Below, in pieces: positions 10,038 to 20,805 of a DNA stretch of 64,000 nucleotides. Origin of the DNA: an uncultured Dehalococcoidia bacterium (lineage in GTDB: Bacteria; Chloroflexota; Dehalococcoidia; Lucifugimonadales; UBA3495); contig CATMOE010000005.1 of assembly GCA_950072105.1 (NCBI GenBank), forward strand, positions 1 to 64,000, read 5' to 3'. Numbering within the stretch: position 1 is the first letter of the stretch; every line of letters begins with the position of its first letter. Under the pieces are notes generated by a model. That model saw only the letters and a program-made list of their open reading frames with translations. It did not search any database and was not told the origin of the DNA. The position numbers were made by a program, and so were the translations under genes.

Positions 10038-11276
10038 CTACCGGACGCCTTCCGACGAGATTAATTTGCTTAATTCAATCAGCGCATTGTTGGACATACG
10101 CCGTTTCACGGTGACCCGCCTGGGGGGCACCCGCAGTTCCATCTCTTTTGAACCGTTGGGACCAACGATGGATAGGTAGGCCAGTCCGGCCGTCGGACCG
10201 TCCCCGGGCGGCGACCCGTCGTCGCCCGCTATGCCGATACCGTAATCGGACCCCAATACCTTCCGGACCGCTTGGGCCATGGCGTTGGCCGTCTCTTGGC
10301 TAACAGGGCCGTGCCGCTCTATGACTTCCGCCGGCACGCCGTGAGCGATCTTTACGCCGTCGCCAATCGCCACCACTCCTCCCTTGAAGTAGCTGGCGCT
10401 ATCCGGGGAGTCGGTTAAGCTGTTGACCAAGTATCCTCCGGTGCATGATTCCATGGTTGCCAGAGTCAGGCCCCGCTGCCGCAGGAGTACGCCGACGGCA
10501 TGTTCCGGGGTTTCCTCATCGTATCCCCAGATGTGGGGGCCCAATCGTTCCTCAATGGCTTTTTCGACCGGGGCGATCAGAAGCCGGGCGGCTGCATCGT
10601 CTGGCGCTCTGGCGATTATCCTCAAGTGATTCCCGTCGGCCTTGGAGTAGATGCCTAAGTAGGGATTCTCCTTACCAAAGAACTCGGATATTATTTCGTC
10701 GATCGCCGCTTCCGACAAACCCATGGTTTTGATGTTCCGGGTGATTGTCACCTCGCCGTCCACTAACTTAAGTAGCCGGGGCGCCACCTCTTCGTCCCAG
10801 ATCGCGTGCATCTCCGCAGGAGGGCCGGGCATCGACACGATGATGCCGCCGTCGCGTTCCGCCCACCAACCGGGGGCGGTGCCGTTTCGGTTGGTGATGA
10901 ATTGGGCTGAGGGAATCAACTGGGCTTGTTTTATGTTGCGGGAAGGCATGTCGGTACCCCGGTCCCGGAATTGCTGTTCCAGGTGCCGAACCGCTTCTTC
11001 CTGGACCGTAGGCGTCTCCCCTAGGGCTGCCGCCACGCCTTCCCTGGTCAAGTCGTCCTGAGTCGGCCCTAGGCCGCCGGTGGTGAAGATAATGTCCGAG
11101 CGTTCCAGCCCCCGGGAAAAGGCTTCGGATAGCATATCCAGGTTGTCTCCGACGATGGACACCCACCGGAGTTGGATACCCAGGGCGGGCAACCTAGTGG
11201 CGATCCATGCGGCATTGGTATCCGTCAGTTCGCCCATCAAAAGCTCGGTCCCAATGGAAAAAATTTCAGCTTTCAA
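10038..11276 (-). CDS. cinA: CinA: competence/damage-inducible protein with C-terminal NMN deamidase domain
   Basis: AEIFSIGTELLMG, TTGGLGPTQDDLT, GTAPG, MPGPP.EM, ESCTGG. TTG start at 11276 with GAGGAG RBS. Confidence 0.9.
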   Translation of the reverse strand: MKAEIFSIGTELLMGELTDTNAAWIATRLPALGIQLRWVSIVGDNLDMLSEAFSRGLERSDIIFTTGGLGPTQDDLTREGVAAALGETPTVQEEAVRHLEQQFRDRGTDMPSRNIKQAQLIPSAQFITNRNGTAPGWWAERDGGIIVSMPGPPAEMHAIWDEEVAPRLLKLVDGEVTITRNIKTMGLSEAAIDEIISEFFGKENPYLGIYSKADGNHLRIIARAPDDAAARLLIAPVEKAIEERLGPHIWGYDEETPEHAVGVLLRQRGLTLATMESCTGGYLVNSLTDSPDSASYFKGGVVAIGDGVKIAHGVPAEVIERHGPVSQETANAMAQAVRKVLGSDYGIGIAGDDGSPPGDGPTAGLAYLSIVGPNGSKEMELRVPPRRVTVKRRMSNNALIELSKLISSEGVR

Positions 11277-11297
11277 ATAAATCTCCTCGACAAATAA

Positions 11298-11324
11298 GGG
11301 CGCCTCGATCATGTCGAGGCGCCC
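11298..11324 (-). terminator. Stem-loop terminator after the ABC operon
   Basis: 11-bp stem gggcgcctcga/tcgaggcgccc followed by ttattt on the minus strand. Confidence 0.55.
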
Positions 11325-11376
11325 CTGCTTCATGTCTCTTTAGCCCTTAGGTTGTGACATAGATGAGCTAAGTCTG

Positions 11377-12363
11377 TCAACCCGAACCAGGATTGGGTTT
11401 GTCCTCCGGCCGAACCGGTGGGTCGGTGACCAATGCGCTTATCCGTTGTGCCCGTTCGATCGGCATCGAGAATACTCGATAGCCCCCCAACAGGCTGGCG
11501 TAGCGGTGTTCTCCGTCGGGCGTTGTGTCACCCAAGTAAAACTCTACGTCCGCCCCCGCGGCAAGTCCCAATCGTATTTTTGTCTTGGGTGGGTCCAGAC
11601 CGTATTCAGCGAAGTTATCGATATCTTCCGCCAGAATATCGTCGGCTCTTGGGCCGCTGAGCATCTCAGGAGTGTTGCCCCACTTGTCCGCCAGAACCGG
11701 CTCCTCGCTGGGCTGCAGTTCTACAGGGTCCAAAATAGCCCACGCCGAATCGCCGTCGCCGACCTTGCCGTAGGCCACGGTTTGGTCTTGCTCGGTTATC
11801 TGGATGAACACCAGTGGGTTGTCTTTCAACTGGAACAGGCGCAAGTAGGGCGGATCTAGTGCCAGGCGGTTTATCACTTGGGCCCATATAGACGGCACAG
11901 TGAAAAGCGTGGGATGCCCAACCAACCTAGCGTACTGGTTTTTATCGTCTGGCGTATTGCTACCCAGATGAAACTCGAAACTCTGACCGCTTGAGTCGGC
12001 GACTTTAATGATCGATAAAGGGGGGTCCAACCCGTAGGACGCTGGATTTTCGATTGTTTCGGCTAGGTCCCGGTTGACCCGAGGCCCGCTAAGCAACAAG
12101 GGTGTGCCGCTCCACTTGTCCTGGAATACTGGAATCTCAGGGTCACCTTGAATGTACCATCGACGGCCTCCCGGCAATCGGTTATAGATCACTGTCTGAC
12201 CCTCGTTAGTAACCTCGATGCGTTTAATGCTGTCTTCGTCGATGCGGTACAGCCAGGGCTCTTCCGGCTCCCGGTCGGTGGGTCCAAAGTACCGCACCAC
12301 CAAGAATGTGCCGCCAAACAGCACCAAGATAGCAACCAATAAGATTGAAAGACGTAGGTTCAT
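11377..12363 (-). CDS. DUF4340-domain protein (two repeats), accessory to the Gld-like ABC system
   Basis: N-terminal anchor; duplicated 'DKW..TP..LSGPR....YGLDPP....F.LG..TPD...YA' module. Confidence 0.75.
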   Translation of the reverse strand: MNLRLSILLVAILVLFGGTFLVVRYFGPTDREPEEPWLYRIDEDSIKRIEVTNEGQTVIYNRLPGGRRWYIQGDPEIPVFQDKWSGTPLLLSGPRVNRDLAETIENPASYGLDPPLSIIKVADSSGQSFEFHLGSNTPDDKNQYARLVGHPTLFTVPSIWAQVINRLALDPPYLRLFQLKDNPLVFIQITEQDQTVAYGKVGDGDSAWAILDPVELQPSEEPVLADKWGNTPEMLSGPRADDILAEDIDNFAEYGLDPPKTKIRLGLAAGADVEFYLGDTTPDGEHRYASLLGGYRVFSMPIERAQRISALVTDPPVRPEDKPNPGSG

Positions 12364-12446
12364 GTTATTTCGACGCGCCCTTGCCGGAGATTAGGTTCTT
12401 CCCCTTGGTTAAGAAACCTGCTTATCAACAAACCTTTTTAACCAGG

Positions 12447-14297
12447 CTACCGCCGTACCCACCAGACGAGGGCGGCCATCAATCCCATCAATCCGGGCAA
12501 GAACACCCAAGATGTCCAGCGTACGAAATTAAACTCGTTCTTGTTTAGGTTGAACTCCCGGAAAGTAAAAGCTTTGTCGCGGATGGATACCAGAGAGAAG
12601 TCTCCAAGAAGGTAGTTGGCGGAGTTCAGGAAAAGGTCCGCGCCGCCGCCTCTGCTGAAGAAACTATTTGACACGAAGTCGGAGTCACCAAAAACAACCA
12701 GCCAGGACAACTCTGAATCCGGCGGCTGAGACGTGGGAGCCGGGCTGCCAACCGGGCCTATCCCTTGAACAAATACAGCAGGGAAGAATGGACCTCGCGG
12801 GTCGGACTTATCCCCAGCATCCGTTATAGGGTCAGCCCGATCTAGATCGTCGATCAGGTAGCTATTAGGTGAAGTCATGGCCAGAGGCACGGGTCTCCTG
12901 AGGCCATCGTTGATCACGATCATTGGGGATGTGGAGGGCATGAAGCTGGGTTGCAAAGGCACGCCTCTGGGAAAGACTATCTCCAGAGGCGCCTCAGGGT
13001 TGTATCCGCTAACCCTAAGGATCTGGGGGTTCCCCGGCACGGATTGGCTCAAGTCCCTGATGTATCCTTTCCCAACGACGACTCCCCAAATGGCCAAGAA
13101 CTGGCGGAAAGTGTCAACGATCTCCGTGTCAGCCAAGAATATCATCCGGCCGCCTTCTCTCCGGTCGGACACGATTCCGTCGCTGTTCAAGAACTTGCCT
13201 TGCATATAAAGGTTCAAAGCAGCGGCATGAGTGTCGGGAAGTTCACCGGTTGGACGGGCTATCACCAACAATGCGGTGTCTTCCGGCACCGACACTTCTG
13301 TGTCATCGGGGGGCCAAGTAAGGGGCGCCACACGATAGTTGTCTTGTTCCAGGCCGGCACGTAGCTCACTATAACCGTCGGCACCAGAACTGTTGATGCT
13401 ACGTTCCCCGTGGCCGGTCAGGAAGTAGATCGCTTTTTGCTCTTCACCGGTAGCTACCAGCATGCCGGTCACCAGATCCTGCTCCAATTGGCTGTAGGAT
13501 GGATCAGTGGGCTGCACCACGTCTATCTTGTCTGAATCCAGGGACTCCACCACCACCGACTCCGCAACAAAAGCCAGAGGCCTGGCGCCGAAGTAGGCGT
13601 TGGCGATGTCTGGCTTATAGTCCGGGTCGACCATGCGGAAAGTGAATTTCCCGGAGCGGGCCGCAAACTCTTTCAGGGTGTCCTCGACCTTAGCCCGCCT
13701 GTTGGCTTGGGCGGGGTCCGAGGTTAATGCCAAGTCTTTGTAAAATGCCGTGGCCCGTAACGGTTCGTCCAGATCGCTGAGAATCTGTTTGGTCCGTTCA
13801 GCCAAGCTGAATTGGTTGGTGGCTGTTACATCGATCCTTTTGTTGTTCTCGAAAGTGACTACGCCTATCAGCAATGTGATCCCGATGAACGCCGCCATCA
13901 TTATTATAGAATTGACGCCGTAACGGCCGGTCCGGCTGAGAAATGCTGCCGTCACCGAGCTCAAGAAAATCAAGCCCACCGTGCCGATGAGAACCAAGCC
14001 GAGGATGATGTCGGCGATGCCGTATATGCGCATGGAGCTGACGAACGCCACCACAATTATTCCGGAGACCAAGGCGATCACGCCGGCGACGACCATAGGA
14101 AAACGGTAGGAGCCTATGACATCTAAAATCGGCTCCAAAAAGCTGAAGAGGGTGCGGGACAGTTCCACATCTCCGGCGCCGCCTTCAGTAGGTCCCTCCG
14201 GATCGACAAGTTGTTCCGGTGAAGCTTCCTCCGCTACTTCATCCTGCCTGCCGGAGCCGCCCCGCCGCCGGCGCCAATCTCTAGGCTGTTCGCTCAT
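12447..14297 (-). CDS. GldG-like ABC transporter auxiliary component
   Basis: RIDVTATNQFSL, IYFLTGHGE, VFGDSDF.SN, LFLNSANYL, C-terminal TM ending WWVRR. Confidence 0.85.
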   Translation of the reverse strand: MSEQPRDWRRRRGGSGRQDEVAEEASPEQLVDPEGPTEGGAGDVELSRTLFSFLEPILDVIGSYRFPMVVAGVIALVSGIIVVAFVSSMRIYGIADIILGLVLIGTVGLIFLSSVTAAFLSRTGRYGVNSIIMMAAFIGITLLIGVVTFENNKRIDVTATNQFSLAERTKQILSDLDEPLRATAFYKDLALTSDPAQANRRAKVEDTLKEFAARSGKFTFRMVDPDYKPDIANAYFGARPLAFVAESVVVESLDSDKIDVVQPTDPSYSQLEQDLVTGMLVATGEEQKAIYFLTGHGERSINSSGADGYSELRAGLEQDNYRVAPLTWPPDDTEVSVPEDTALLVIARPTGELPDTHAAALNLYMQGKFLNSDGIVSDRREGGRMIFLADTEIVDTFRQFLAIWGVVVGKGYIRDLSQSVPGNPQILRVSGYNPEAPLEIVFPRGVPLQPSFMPSTSPMIVINDGLRRPVPLAMTSPNSYLIDDLDRADPITDAGDKSDPRGPFFPAVFVQGIGPVGSPAPTSQPPDSELSWLVVFGDSDFVSNSFFSRGGGADLFLNSANYLLGDFSLVSIRDKAFTFREFNLNKNEFNFVRWTSWVFLPGLMGLMAALVWWVRR

Positions 14298-14298
14298 G

Positions 14299-15012
14299 CT
14301 ACCTCCACCGCCGCGACTCTAGTGCCCGTATCGAGAGGAAAACGAAGAAGGAGGTAAGCAGCAGATAGTAGGCTATGTGTTTCGTGTCAATCACACCCCG
14401 TTCGAAATCGTCGAAGTGGCTTTTCAAGCCGATCTCGTTGACGATTGTGGCGGGTAATCCGGTCAGGGTCGCGGCCGCGAAATCGGTGAAGTAAAGCACC
14501 AAGAGAATGCCCATCGCAACGACGGCGGCTACGATCTGGTTGCTGGTCAGTGTGGAAGTTAGCAAACCTATGGAAAGAGCTGCCGCGCCGTACAGAATCA
14601 ATCCTAAATAGCCAGCCCAGATGGGACCGGGGTCCGGGTCGGCAAAGATGATCAGTAAAAGCACAAAATATAGGGTTAGCACTATCGTGCCTAGGAGAAA
14701 GACCAGGCTGGCTATATATTTGCCCAATACAACCTCCCAGTCCCGGACCGGTGAGGTTAGCAAAAGCTCGATGGTCCCTAATTTCTGCTCTTCCGCCAAT
14801 AACCGCATTGTGAGCGTGGGGGCCAACAAGATCAGTATGATGGTAGCCCCTTGAAAAAAGCTGCTCATCGACGCTTGCGGGAATGGGTTGCTCAGGTCCC
14901 TCACAAAAAAGAAACTGGCCAGAGCCAGAAAAATCATAGCTACGATATAGGCGGTGGGGCTGGAGAAGTAGATCTGAATCTCTTTCCAAGCCACTGCTTG
15001 GACAGTGCGCAT
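14299..15012 (-). CDS. GldF-like ABC-2 permease
   Basis: YFSSPTAY, TMRLLAEEQKLGTIELLLTSP, NQIVAA, HFDDFERGVID. Confidence 0.9.
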   Translation of the reverse strand: MRTVQAVAWKEIQIYFSSPTAYIVAMIFLALASFFFVRDLSNPFPQASMSSFFQGATIILILLAPTLTMRLLAEEQKLGTIELLLTSPVRDWEVVLGKYIASLVFLLGTIVLTLYFVLLLIIFADPDPGPIWAGYLGLILYGAAALSIGLLTSTLTSNQIVAAVVAMGILLVLYFTDFAAATLTGLPATIVNEIGLKSHFDDFERGVIDTKHIAYYLLLTSFFVFLSIRALESRRWR

Positions 15013-15014
15013 CG

Positions 15015-15977
15015 CTAGAGCTCCTCGTGTGTTGTTAGTTTCAGGAATATCTCTTCCAGGCTCATCCCCATGGTTTGCATACTAAGCAGGCTCCATCCAC
15101 CGCCGATCACCGTTCTGGAGATCTCGTCCCTAAGGTCCTGACCCTCATTTGCTTGAATGGTGTAGATCTCCTTGCCATGGTTTGACCGGTGAGACGCACT
15201 GGCCACCCCTTTCAAGGCCCGCAACGCCGGTAACACCTGAGACACCGGACCACCGATCTCTACTTCCATCTGCTCGGACCCCTTCAACCTCTCGGCCAGG
15301 TTGTCTGGGGTGTCCTCAGCCACGATTTTACCTTCGCTTATGATAAGAACACGATCGCAGATCATGCTAACTTCGGGCAAGATATGGGTGCTTAGCACCA
15401 CGGTTTGTTCCCGGCCTAACTCTTGGATAAGCCGCCTGGTTTCCACAACTTGTATCGGATCTATGCCAATGGTGGGCTCGTCCAAGACCAGAACTTCCGG
15501 TTCGTGGAGGATCGCTTGGGCGATGCCGACCCGCTGCCGGAACCCCTTGGATAACTTTCCTATCAAGGTTGACCGATAGTCGCCCAACCGGCAAACGTCG
15601 ATCACCTCTGATATGCGGCGTTTGATGTCCTTGGGCGGCATCTGGCGCAAAGTTCCCATGTATTTGAGGTAGCTGTTCACCGGCATGTCAGTATAAAGGG
15701 GGACGGTTTCCGGCAAGTAGCCCACCTTCCGTCGGACTTCCAGCGACTGCTCCACGATGTCGAAGTCGTCAAGGGTAACTTTACCCCTGGTTGGGGGCAT
15801 GTATCCGGTTAAGATACGCATGGTCGTGGTCTTGCCCGCGCCGTTGGGTCCCAAGAATCCCAGGACCTCCCCTCTTTCCACGCCAAAATTGACATCCTCT
15901 ATCGCCGCGTACGGACCATAGTAGTGGGTGAGGCCGGTGGCCTGAATCATGAGCGATTTAGAGTCTTGTATTACCAT
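15015..15977 (-). CDS. GldA-like ABC ATP-binding protein
   Basis: GPNGAGKTT, LSKGFRQRVG, LDEPT. Confidence 0.92.
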   Translation of the reverse strand: MVIQDSKSLMIQATGLTHYYGPYAAIEDVNFGVERGEVLGFLGPNGAGKTTTMRILTGYMPPTRGKVTLDDFDIVEQSLEVRRKVGYLPETVPLYTDMPVNSYLKYMGTLRQMPPKDIKRRISEVIDVCRLGDYRSTLIGKLSKGFRQRVGIAQAILHEPEVLVLDEPTIGIDPIQVVETRRLIQELGREQTVVLSTHILPEVSMICDRVLIISEGKIVAEDTPDNLAERLKGSEQMEVEIGGPVSQVLPALRALKGVASASHRSNHGKEIYTIQANEGQDLRDEISRTVIGGGWSLLSMQTMGMSLEEIFLKLTTHEEL

Positions 15978-16071
15978 AGGGTTGCATCCCGCCGTCTATT
16001 GAGTGAAAATTACAATTGGCTAGATGGCATTAATTCGTAATCGAGAGTGATGATATTCCATACGAATGGAT

Positions 16072-16099
16072 TTGCCAAGGCGTAGGGTATCCCTATAAT
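16072..16099 (+). promoter_or_regulatory. Putative sigma70 promoter for speD-speB
   Basis: TTGCCA-16 bp-TATAAT. Confidence 0.5.
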
Positions 16100-16134
16100 T
16101 CGCGATATGGCGTAAATTGGCCGAGGGAGGTAGG

Positions 16135-16566
16135 ATGCACCTGGTGATCGACGGATACCGTGGAGATCTTGATAGGATGTGGGACGTTGAATTGGTACGG
16201 TCCTTTTTGACCGATTGCCCTGCAACCCTGGGTATGACCCGAATTACTGAGCCCGAAGTATTGAAGTACGATGCTCCTAAGGAGCAGGATTCGGGTGTTT
16301 CCGGATTCGTGATTATAGCGGAGAGCCACATTAGCATACACACATTCCCTAATCGCGATTACGTAAACATCGATATATTTTCGTGCCAGCCATTCGATCA
16401 CGACCAGGCTTTGTCTGAAGTGAAAAGTCTGTTTCAACTTCAGGACGCGAAAACATGGCTCCTAGACCGGGGGTTGGAGTGGCTGGACACCGAGCAGGGG
16501 CGAAACGAGGTGCGGGAGCAACGCACCGCATTGGATGCCAGTTCGCCGGATCGCCCCCGTGTCTGA
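16135..16566 (+). CDS. speD: Pyruvoyl-dependent S-adenosylmethionine decarboxylase family proenzyme (SpeD/SpeH)
   Basis: MHLVIDGY, GVSGFVIIAESHISIHTFP, DIFSC. ATG at 16135 after GGAGG. Confidence 0.85.
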   Translation: MHLVIDGYRGDLDRMWDVELVRSFLTDCPATLGMTRITEPEVLKYDAPKEQDSGVSGFVIIAESHISIHTFPNRDYVNIDIFSCQPFDHDQALSEVKSLFQLQDAKTWLLDRGLEWLDTEQGRNEVREQRTALDASSPDRPRV

Positions 16567-17449
16567 AACGGAACACCTGTCCTGGATACCTCCGAACTTC
16601 CTGGCGCTCCCCGCCGAAAATAGCGGCCTAGATGAGGCCAGGGCCGTGCTTATTCCGGTACCGTACGACAGCACGACTTCTCTACGAGGCGGGGCCAGGA
16701 ACGGACCGGGCGCCCTCATTGAAGCCTCATATGGCCTTGAAGATTACGACCACGAACTTGATTTGGATGTTTCATTGGTCGGGATCCATACCACCCAGGC
16801 CCTTGAGGCCCATATGGGGGGGCCGGCCGAAATGGTCAAACGGGTGCGGGCGGCTGTCGGTAGTTACGCACACTCCGGGAGGCTGGTCGGCGTGTTAGGG
16901 GGCGAACACTCGGTATGTATCGGCTCGGTCCAAGCTAATCTAGAGGTTTATCCCGATATTTCGGTGCTCTACATCGACGCCCATGCCGATCTGCGGAACG
17001 AGTACATGGGCACGCCTTGGGGCCACGCATCGGGAGCCAGGAGAATCCACGAGATGTGCCCGCTCGTATTAGTAGGGGTGCGCAGTCTTTGCCCGGAAGA
17101 GCGGGACTATATCAAATCAGCCTCTATACCCACTTTCTACTGGCCGCCATCTTGCGACGACCGGGAGTTGATCAGCGGTATAGTCGAGCATCTTGGACCG
17201 ACGGTATACGTTAGCATTGATCTCGACGCTTTAGACCCGGCCTTGATGCCCGCCGTGGGGACACCGGAGCCGGGAGGGCTGAGTTGGTACCAGATGGTTT
17301 CGTTGTTGCGATGCGTCGCTGAGACAAGGCGTATCGTTGGGTTCGATATCACCGAATTATGCCCGGCTGAGGGTCCGGCGGCCTGCTCCTATACGGCGGC
17401 CAAGCTGGTCTACAAATTGGTGGCATACGCCACCTCTCTCGGAAAATGA
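16535..17449 (+). CDS. speB: Agmatinase
   Basis: GGEHS, DAHADLR, SIDLDALDP..PAVGTPEPGGL (alternative GTG start at 16559). Confidence 0.9.
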   Translation: MPVRRIAPVSETEHLSWIPPNFLALPAENSGLDEARAVLIPVPYDSTTSLRGGARNGPGALIEASYGLEDYDHELDLDVSLVGIHTTQALEAHMGGPAEMVKRVRAAVGSYAHSGRLVGVLGGEHSVCIGSVQANLEVYPDISVLYIDAHADLRNEYMGTPWGHASGARRIHEMCPLVLVGVRSLCPEERDYIKSASIPTFYWPPSCDDRELISGIVEHLGPTVYVSIDLDALDPALMPAVGTPEPGGLSWYQMVSLLRCVAETRRIVGFDITELCPAEGPAACSYTAAKLVYKLVAYATSLGK

Positions 17450-17591
17450 CGAAAGATCGCCCAAGGGCGAATCGTTGCCACTGGGCATATCCATAGGAGC
17501 CGGCGCTTCGGCCGGTGCGGCTCCCGCATTAATCTTAATACTGGCCGCTCCGCTGAGATATGGGATTCTGGAGACCGGGTTTAGATAATCG

Positions 17592-18710
17592 ATGGGACCT
17601 TCCATCCGCGTGGGCAAAATCTTCGGTATTCCCATTGAGATCCACTTCAGTTGGGTCTTCATCTTCCTGCTGATGATCGTAATCCTGGGCGACCTGTTCG
17701 ACCAATCTCAATCTACTGCCCTCGGACGTTGGGCGTGGGCGTTGTTGATTGCGGTCCTGTTCTTCGTGTCTGTTCTTGCCCATGAGCTTTCCCACAGCCT
17801 AGTGGCGGTTCGTAAGGGCATCCCCGTAGACGGGATTACGCTGTTCTTCTTCGGCGGCGTTTCGCACCTGGCCCACGAAGCGCGCCGCCCCTACGTCGAG
17901 TTCGTAATCACGGTTGTCGGGCCGCTGTGTAGCATCTTGCTGGCCGGAATATTCTGGGTCCTCTGGCTGCAATTTCAGGGCACCAACTCGTCTCTGGAAT
18001 TAGCTTTCCGGTTGCTGATGAGCATAAACCTGATGCTGGGCGTCTTTAACATGCTACCGGGCTTTCCTCTGGACGGAGGGCGTGTGTTGAGGTCCGTCAT
18101 CTGGGGGCTATCTGGGAGCTACTGGCGAGCCACACAAATAGCGGTGAGGGCAGGGCAAGTGATAGGCGGGTTGATCGCTTTGGGAGGCGGCTACCTGGCC
18201 GTTGATAATTTCCATGCTGTTGGGATATCTGGGATATGGATTATATTGATCGGCGCCTTCCTCTTCTCCGCGGCCACCGCGACCTACCGGCAGGAACGGG
18301 CCAAAGAGCGTCTAAAAACCTACCGGGTAGCGGACGTAATGAACGAGGAGTGGTGGACACTACCTGGGGAAATGTTGATGAACTCTCCCTTGGTTACCCA
18401 GGGCTTGGCCGAACATGACAATCTGTTAGCGGTTTCATTGAACGGACATGTCGAAGGCATGATCACTCGGCGGTTGATGGACCGTATCCCCAGAAAAGCG
18501 TGGGGTTCTACTCTATTGTCTCAAGCAATGTTGTCCTTGCGGTCACTGCCCGTATTGACCCCCGCGGATACCGCGTCAGAAGCGATGGACCAGATGGAGA
18601 CCGGCAGGTTAAGTAGCCTGGCGGTGATGAGAGACGGTGAATTGTTGGGCTTCGTAAGCCGGGACGGTATCAAAATGCTCGCCAGGCGCCGGAACAGGAA
18701 CCGTGTTTAA
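17592..18710 (+). CDS. Site-2 protease (M50) with CBS domains
   Basis: HELSH, FNMLPGFPLDGGR, C-terminal CBS pair. Confidence 0.92.
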   Translation: MGPSIRVGKIFGIPIEIHFSWVFIFLLMIVILGDLFDQSQSTALGRWAWALLIAVLFFVSVLAHELSHSLVAVRKGIPVDGITLFFFGGVSHLAHEARRPYVEFVITVVGPLCSILLAGIFWVLWLQFQGTNSSLELAFRLLMSINLMLGVFNMLPGFPLDGGRVLRSVIWGLSGSYWRATQIAVRAGQVIGGLIALGGGYLAVDNFHAVGISGIWIILIGAFLFSAATATYRQERAKERLKTYRVADVMNEEWWTLPGEMLMNSPLVTQGLAEHDNLLAVSLNGHVEGMITRRLMDRIPRKAWGSTLLSQAMLSLRSLPVLTPADTASEAMDQMETGRLSSLAVMRDGELLGFVSRDGIKMLARRRNRNRV

Positions 18711-18808
18711 CAGTCTCCGTTCAGCCGCCTGTGCTACAATAGGTCCGCCGCCCGGTAGTCAGGATTGGCGCCGGGAAATGGCCGCTGAAAGAGTAACAGA
18801 GGGCACAG

Positions 18809-20002
18809 ATGCCGCCTCCGGAAATCGTGTATTTGGACCATGCTGGAACCACCCCGACCGACCCCCGGGTGCTGGAAGCCATGCTTCCCTATTTCACCGG
18901 ATTGTACGGGAATCCATCCAGCATGCACACGGTTGGTCAAGAAGCCCGTTACGCGCTGGACGGTGCCCGGGAGAGGGTGGCGAAGGTGCTGCATTGCCGG
19001 GCCGGAGAAATAGTGTTCACCGGCAGCGGTACTGAATCCGACAACGCCGCCATCAACGGGGTGGCCACGGCGTTGGAGGAGACCGGCAATCACATCATTA
19101 CCTCCACGGTGGAGCACCACGCCGTATTACACTCTTGCCAGTACCTGGAGAACATCGGATTTGACGTGACATATCTGCCGGTGGATCCATTCGGAATGGT
19201 CCATCCGGAGCAGGTCTACGACGCCATCACCGACCGGACCACAATGGTGACGGTGATGTACGCCAACAACGAGATTGGGACCATCAATCCCATCGCCGAG
19301 ATCTCCAAGGCTGTCGCGCGCCGGGCCTCGGAATTGGAGCGGACGATCGTCATGCATACCGATGGAGTGCAGGCGGCCGGGTTTTTAGATTTGAACCTGC
19401 GAAACTTGGGCGTCGATATGATGAGCCTGTCAGGCCATAAATTCTACGGCCCCAAGGGCACCGGTGCTTTGTACATCCGGCGGGGCACCCCCCTGCTGCC
19501 ATTGATCCAGGGTGGAGGGCAAGAGCGGGAACGGCGGTCCGGAACCGAGAACATCCCCGGCATAATCGGGTTTGCAGCGGCGCTGGAAGCGGCCGACGCT
19601 CAACGGGAAGAGGTCAGCGTCCACTGCACCGCGCTTCGGGACCGGATCATCCAACACATCGCCGAAAATATACCGGATTGTCACTTAAACGGCCATGAAA
19701 CCCAAAGATTGCCAAATAACGTGAACTTCTCCTTTCAAGGAATAGAAGGCGAGGCGATCCTCCTGGGGTTGGACGTGGCGGGCATTGCCGCTTCCAGTGG
19801 CAGCGCCTGCAGTTCCGGTTCCCTGGAGCCGTCCCACGTGCTCCTGGCTCTGGCCCAATCCGCTGAACTGGCCCGGGGTAGTTTGCGGGTGACGTTGGGC
19901 CGGGAGAACACGGTCGAGGAAGTGGACTATTTCCTCGGCGTGCTAGACCGTTTAGTTCCCCAACTTAGGAAGTTGCCGACTCTTGCGACAAGTGGTTCTT
20001 AA
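18809..20002 (+). CDS. iscS: Cysteine desulfurase (IscS/NifS type)
   Basis: [33 protein letters not shown]. Confidence 0.92.
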   Translation: MPPPEIVYLDHAGTTPTDPRVLEAMLPYFTGLYGNPSSMHTVGQEARYALDGARERVAKVLHCRAGEIVFTGSGTESDNAAINGVATALEETGNHIITSTVEHHAVLHSCQYLENIGFDVTYLPVDPFGMVHPEQVYDAITDRTTMVTVMYANNEIGTINPIAEISKAVARRASELERTIVMHTDGVQAAGFLDLNLRNLGVDMMSLSGHKFYGPKGTGALYIRRGTPLLPLIQGGGQERERRSGTENIPGIIGFAAALEAADAQREEVSVHCTALRDRIIQHIAENIPDCHLNGHETQRLPNNVNFSFQGIEGEAILLGLDVAGIAASSGSACSSGSLEPSHVLLALAQSAELARGSLRVTLGRENTVEEVDYFLGVLDRLVPQLRKLPTLATSGS

Positions 20003-20615
20003 ATCTGATATGAAACGTATCTTGAGTATGCCTTTTATGGGAAAGCGAAAAACTTTATTGTTGGCTCTGGTGTCTATGGCGATCCTGGCGCTGTCAGGTT
20101 GCTCGGATGCTTCCCCGGCTTTCGGCCAATTTTTCTCTGGCAGAACCTTGGTTATCAGCGTGGTTGGCATCGACCGGATGTCTGAATTGCGCTATACGGC
20201 CGTGATCGAAGACGATGTTCCGACCTACGTCCGAGTGGCGCCATCGCAAGAAGGATTGGAGTTGGTGGTGGTTCACTTGAAGGTCCAGAATCATACCGCT
20301 ACCAGCGCCATCTTGAATGTTGACCGGCAGGCGGCCGAATTGAGGGACATCCTTTCCAACAAATATTTCCCCATTGATGTGGGTGTGCTAGGAAAACAAG
20401 TCGATTCGCCACCCGTCAGGGGGAGCCAGTCGGAAAAGGTGCTGGAATTGGAACCCGACGGCACATTCGCCGCGACCAAGGGCTTCATCAGGGGACCGGT
20501 GGAGTTGCAAAGAGGCATGGGATTGGATGGTTGGATGGTCTTTGAGGCCCCACCGGATACGAAATTCCGTGAGTTCAAGTGGCGGGCCGGCGACAACTTG
20601 ACTATAACGTTCTAG
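19983..20615 (+). CDS. Lipoprotein, DUF4352-like Ig fold
   Basis: Lipobox LSGC; ..GWMVFEAP. True start probably downstream of 19983. Confidence 0.6.
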   Translation: MRQVVLKSDMKRILSMPFMGKRKTLLLALVSMAILALSGCSDASPAFGQFFSGRTLVISVVGIDRMSELRYTAVIEDDVPTYVRVAPSQEGLELVVVHLKVQNHTATSAILNVDRQAAELRDILSNKYFPIDVGVLGKQVDSPPVRGSQSEKVLELEPDGTFAATKGFIRGPVELQRGMGLDGWMVFEAPPDTKFREFKWRAGDNLTITF

Positions 20616-20805
20616 CCGGATCATTCCTCGAGTATCCTGTAACCAGTTCGCCTTCAGATCCGCCGCCAGAGATTCTAGTTTAGTTCTCTAAACTGGTTAC
20701 CGGTGGCCCCAGCCGTTTAGCCTCCTCTACCCCAGAGCAATACGTGTAACTACCCTTCGACCGGGTTTGCCGTGACTAGGAATCAGTGAATTTCCCCCGA
20801 TTCTC

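Noticed and set aside
12447..15977. Gliding motility system
   Set aside because: GldAFG-like ABC modules are widespread in non-gliding bacteria, and no other gliding genes are present.
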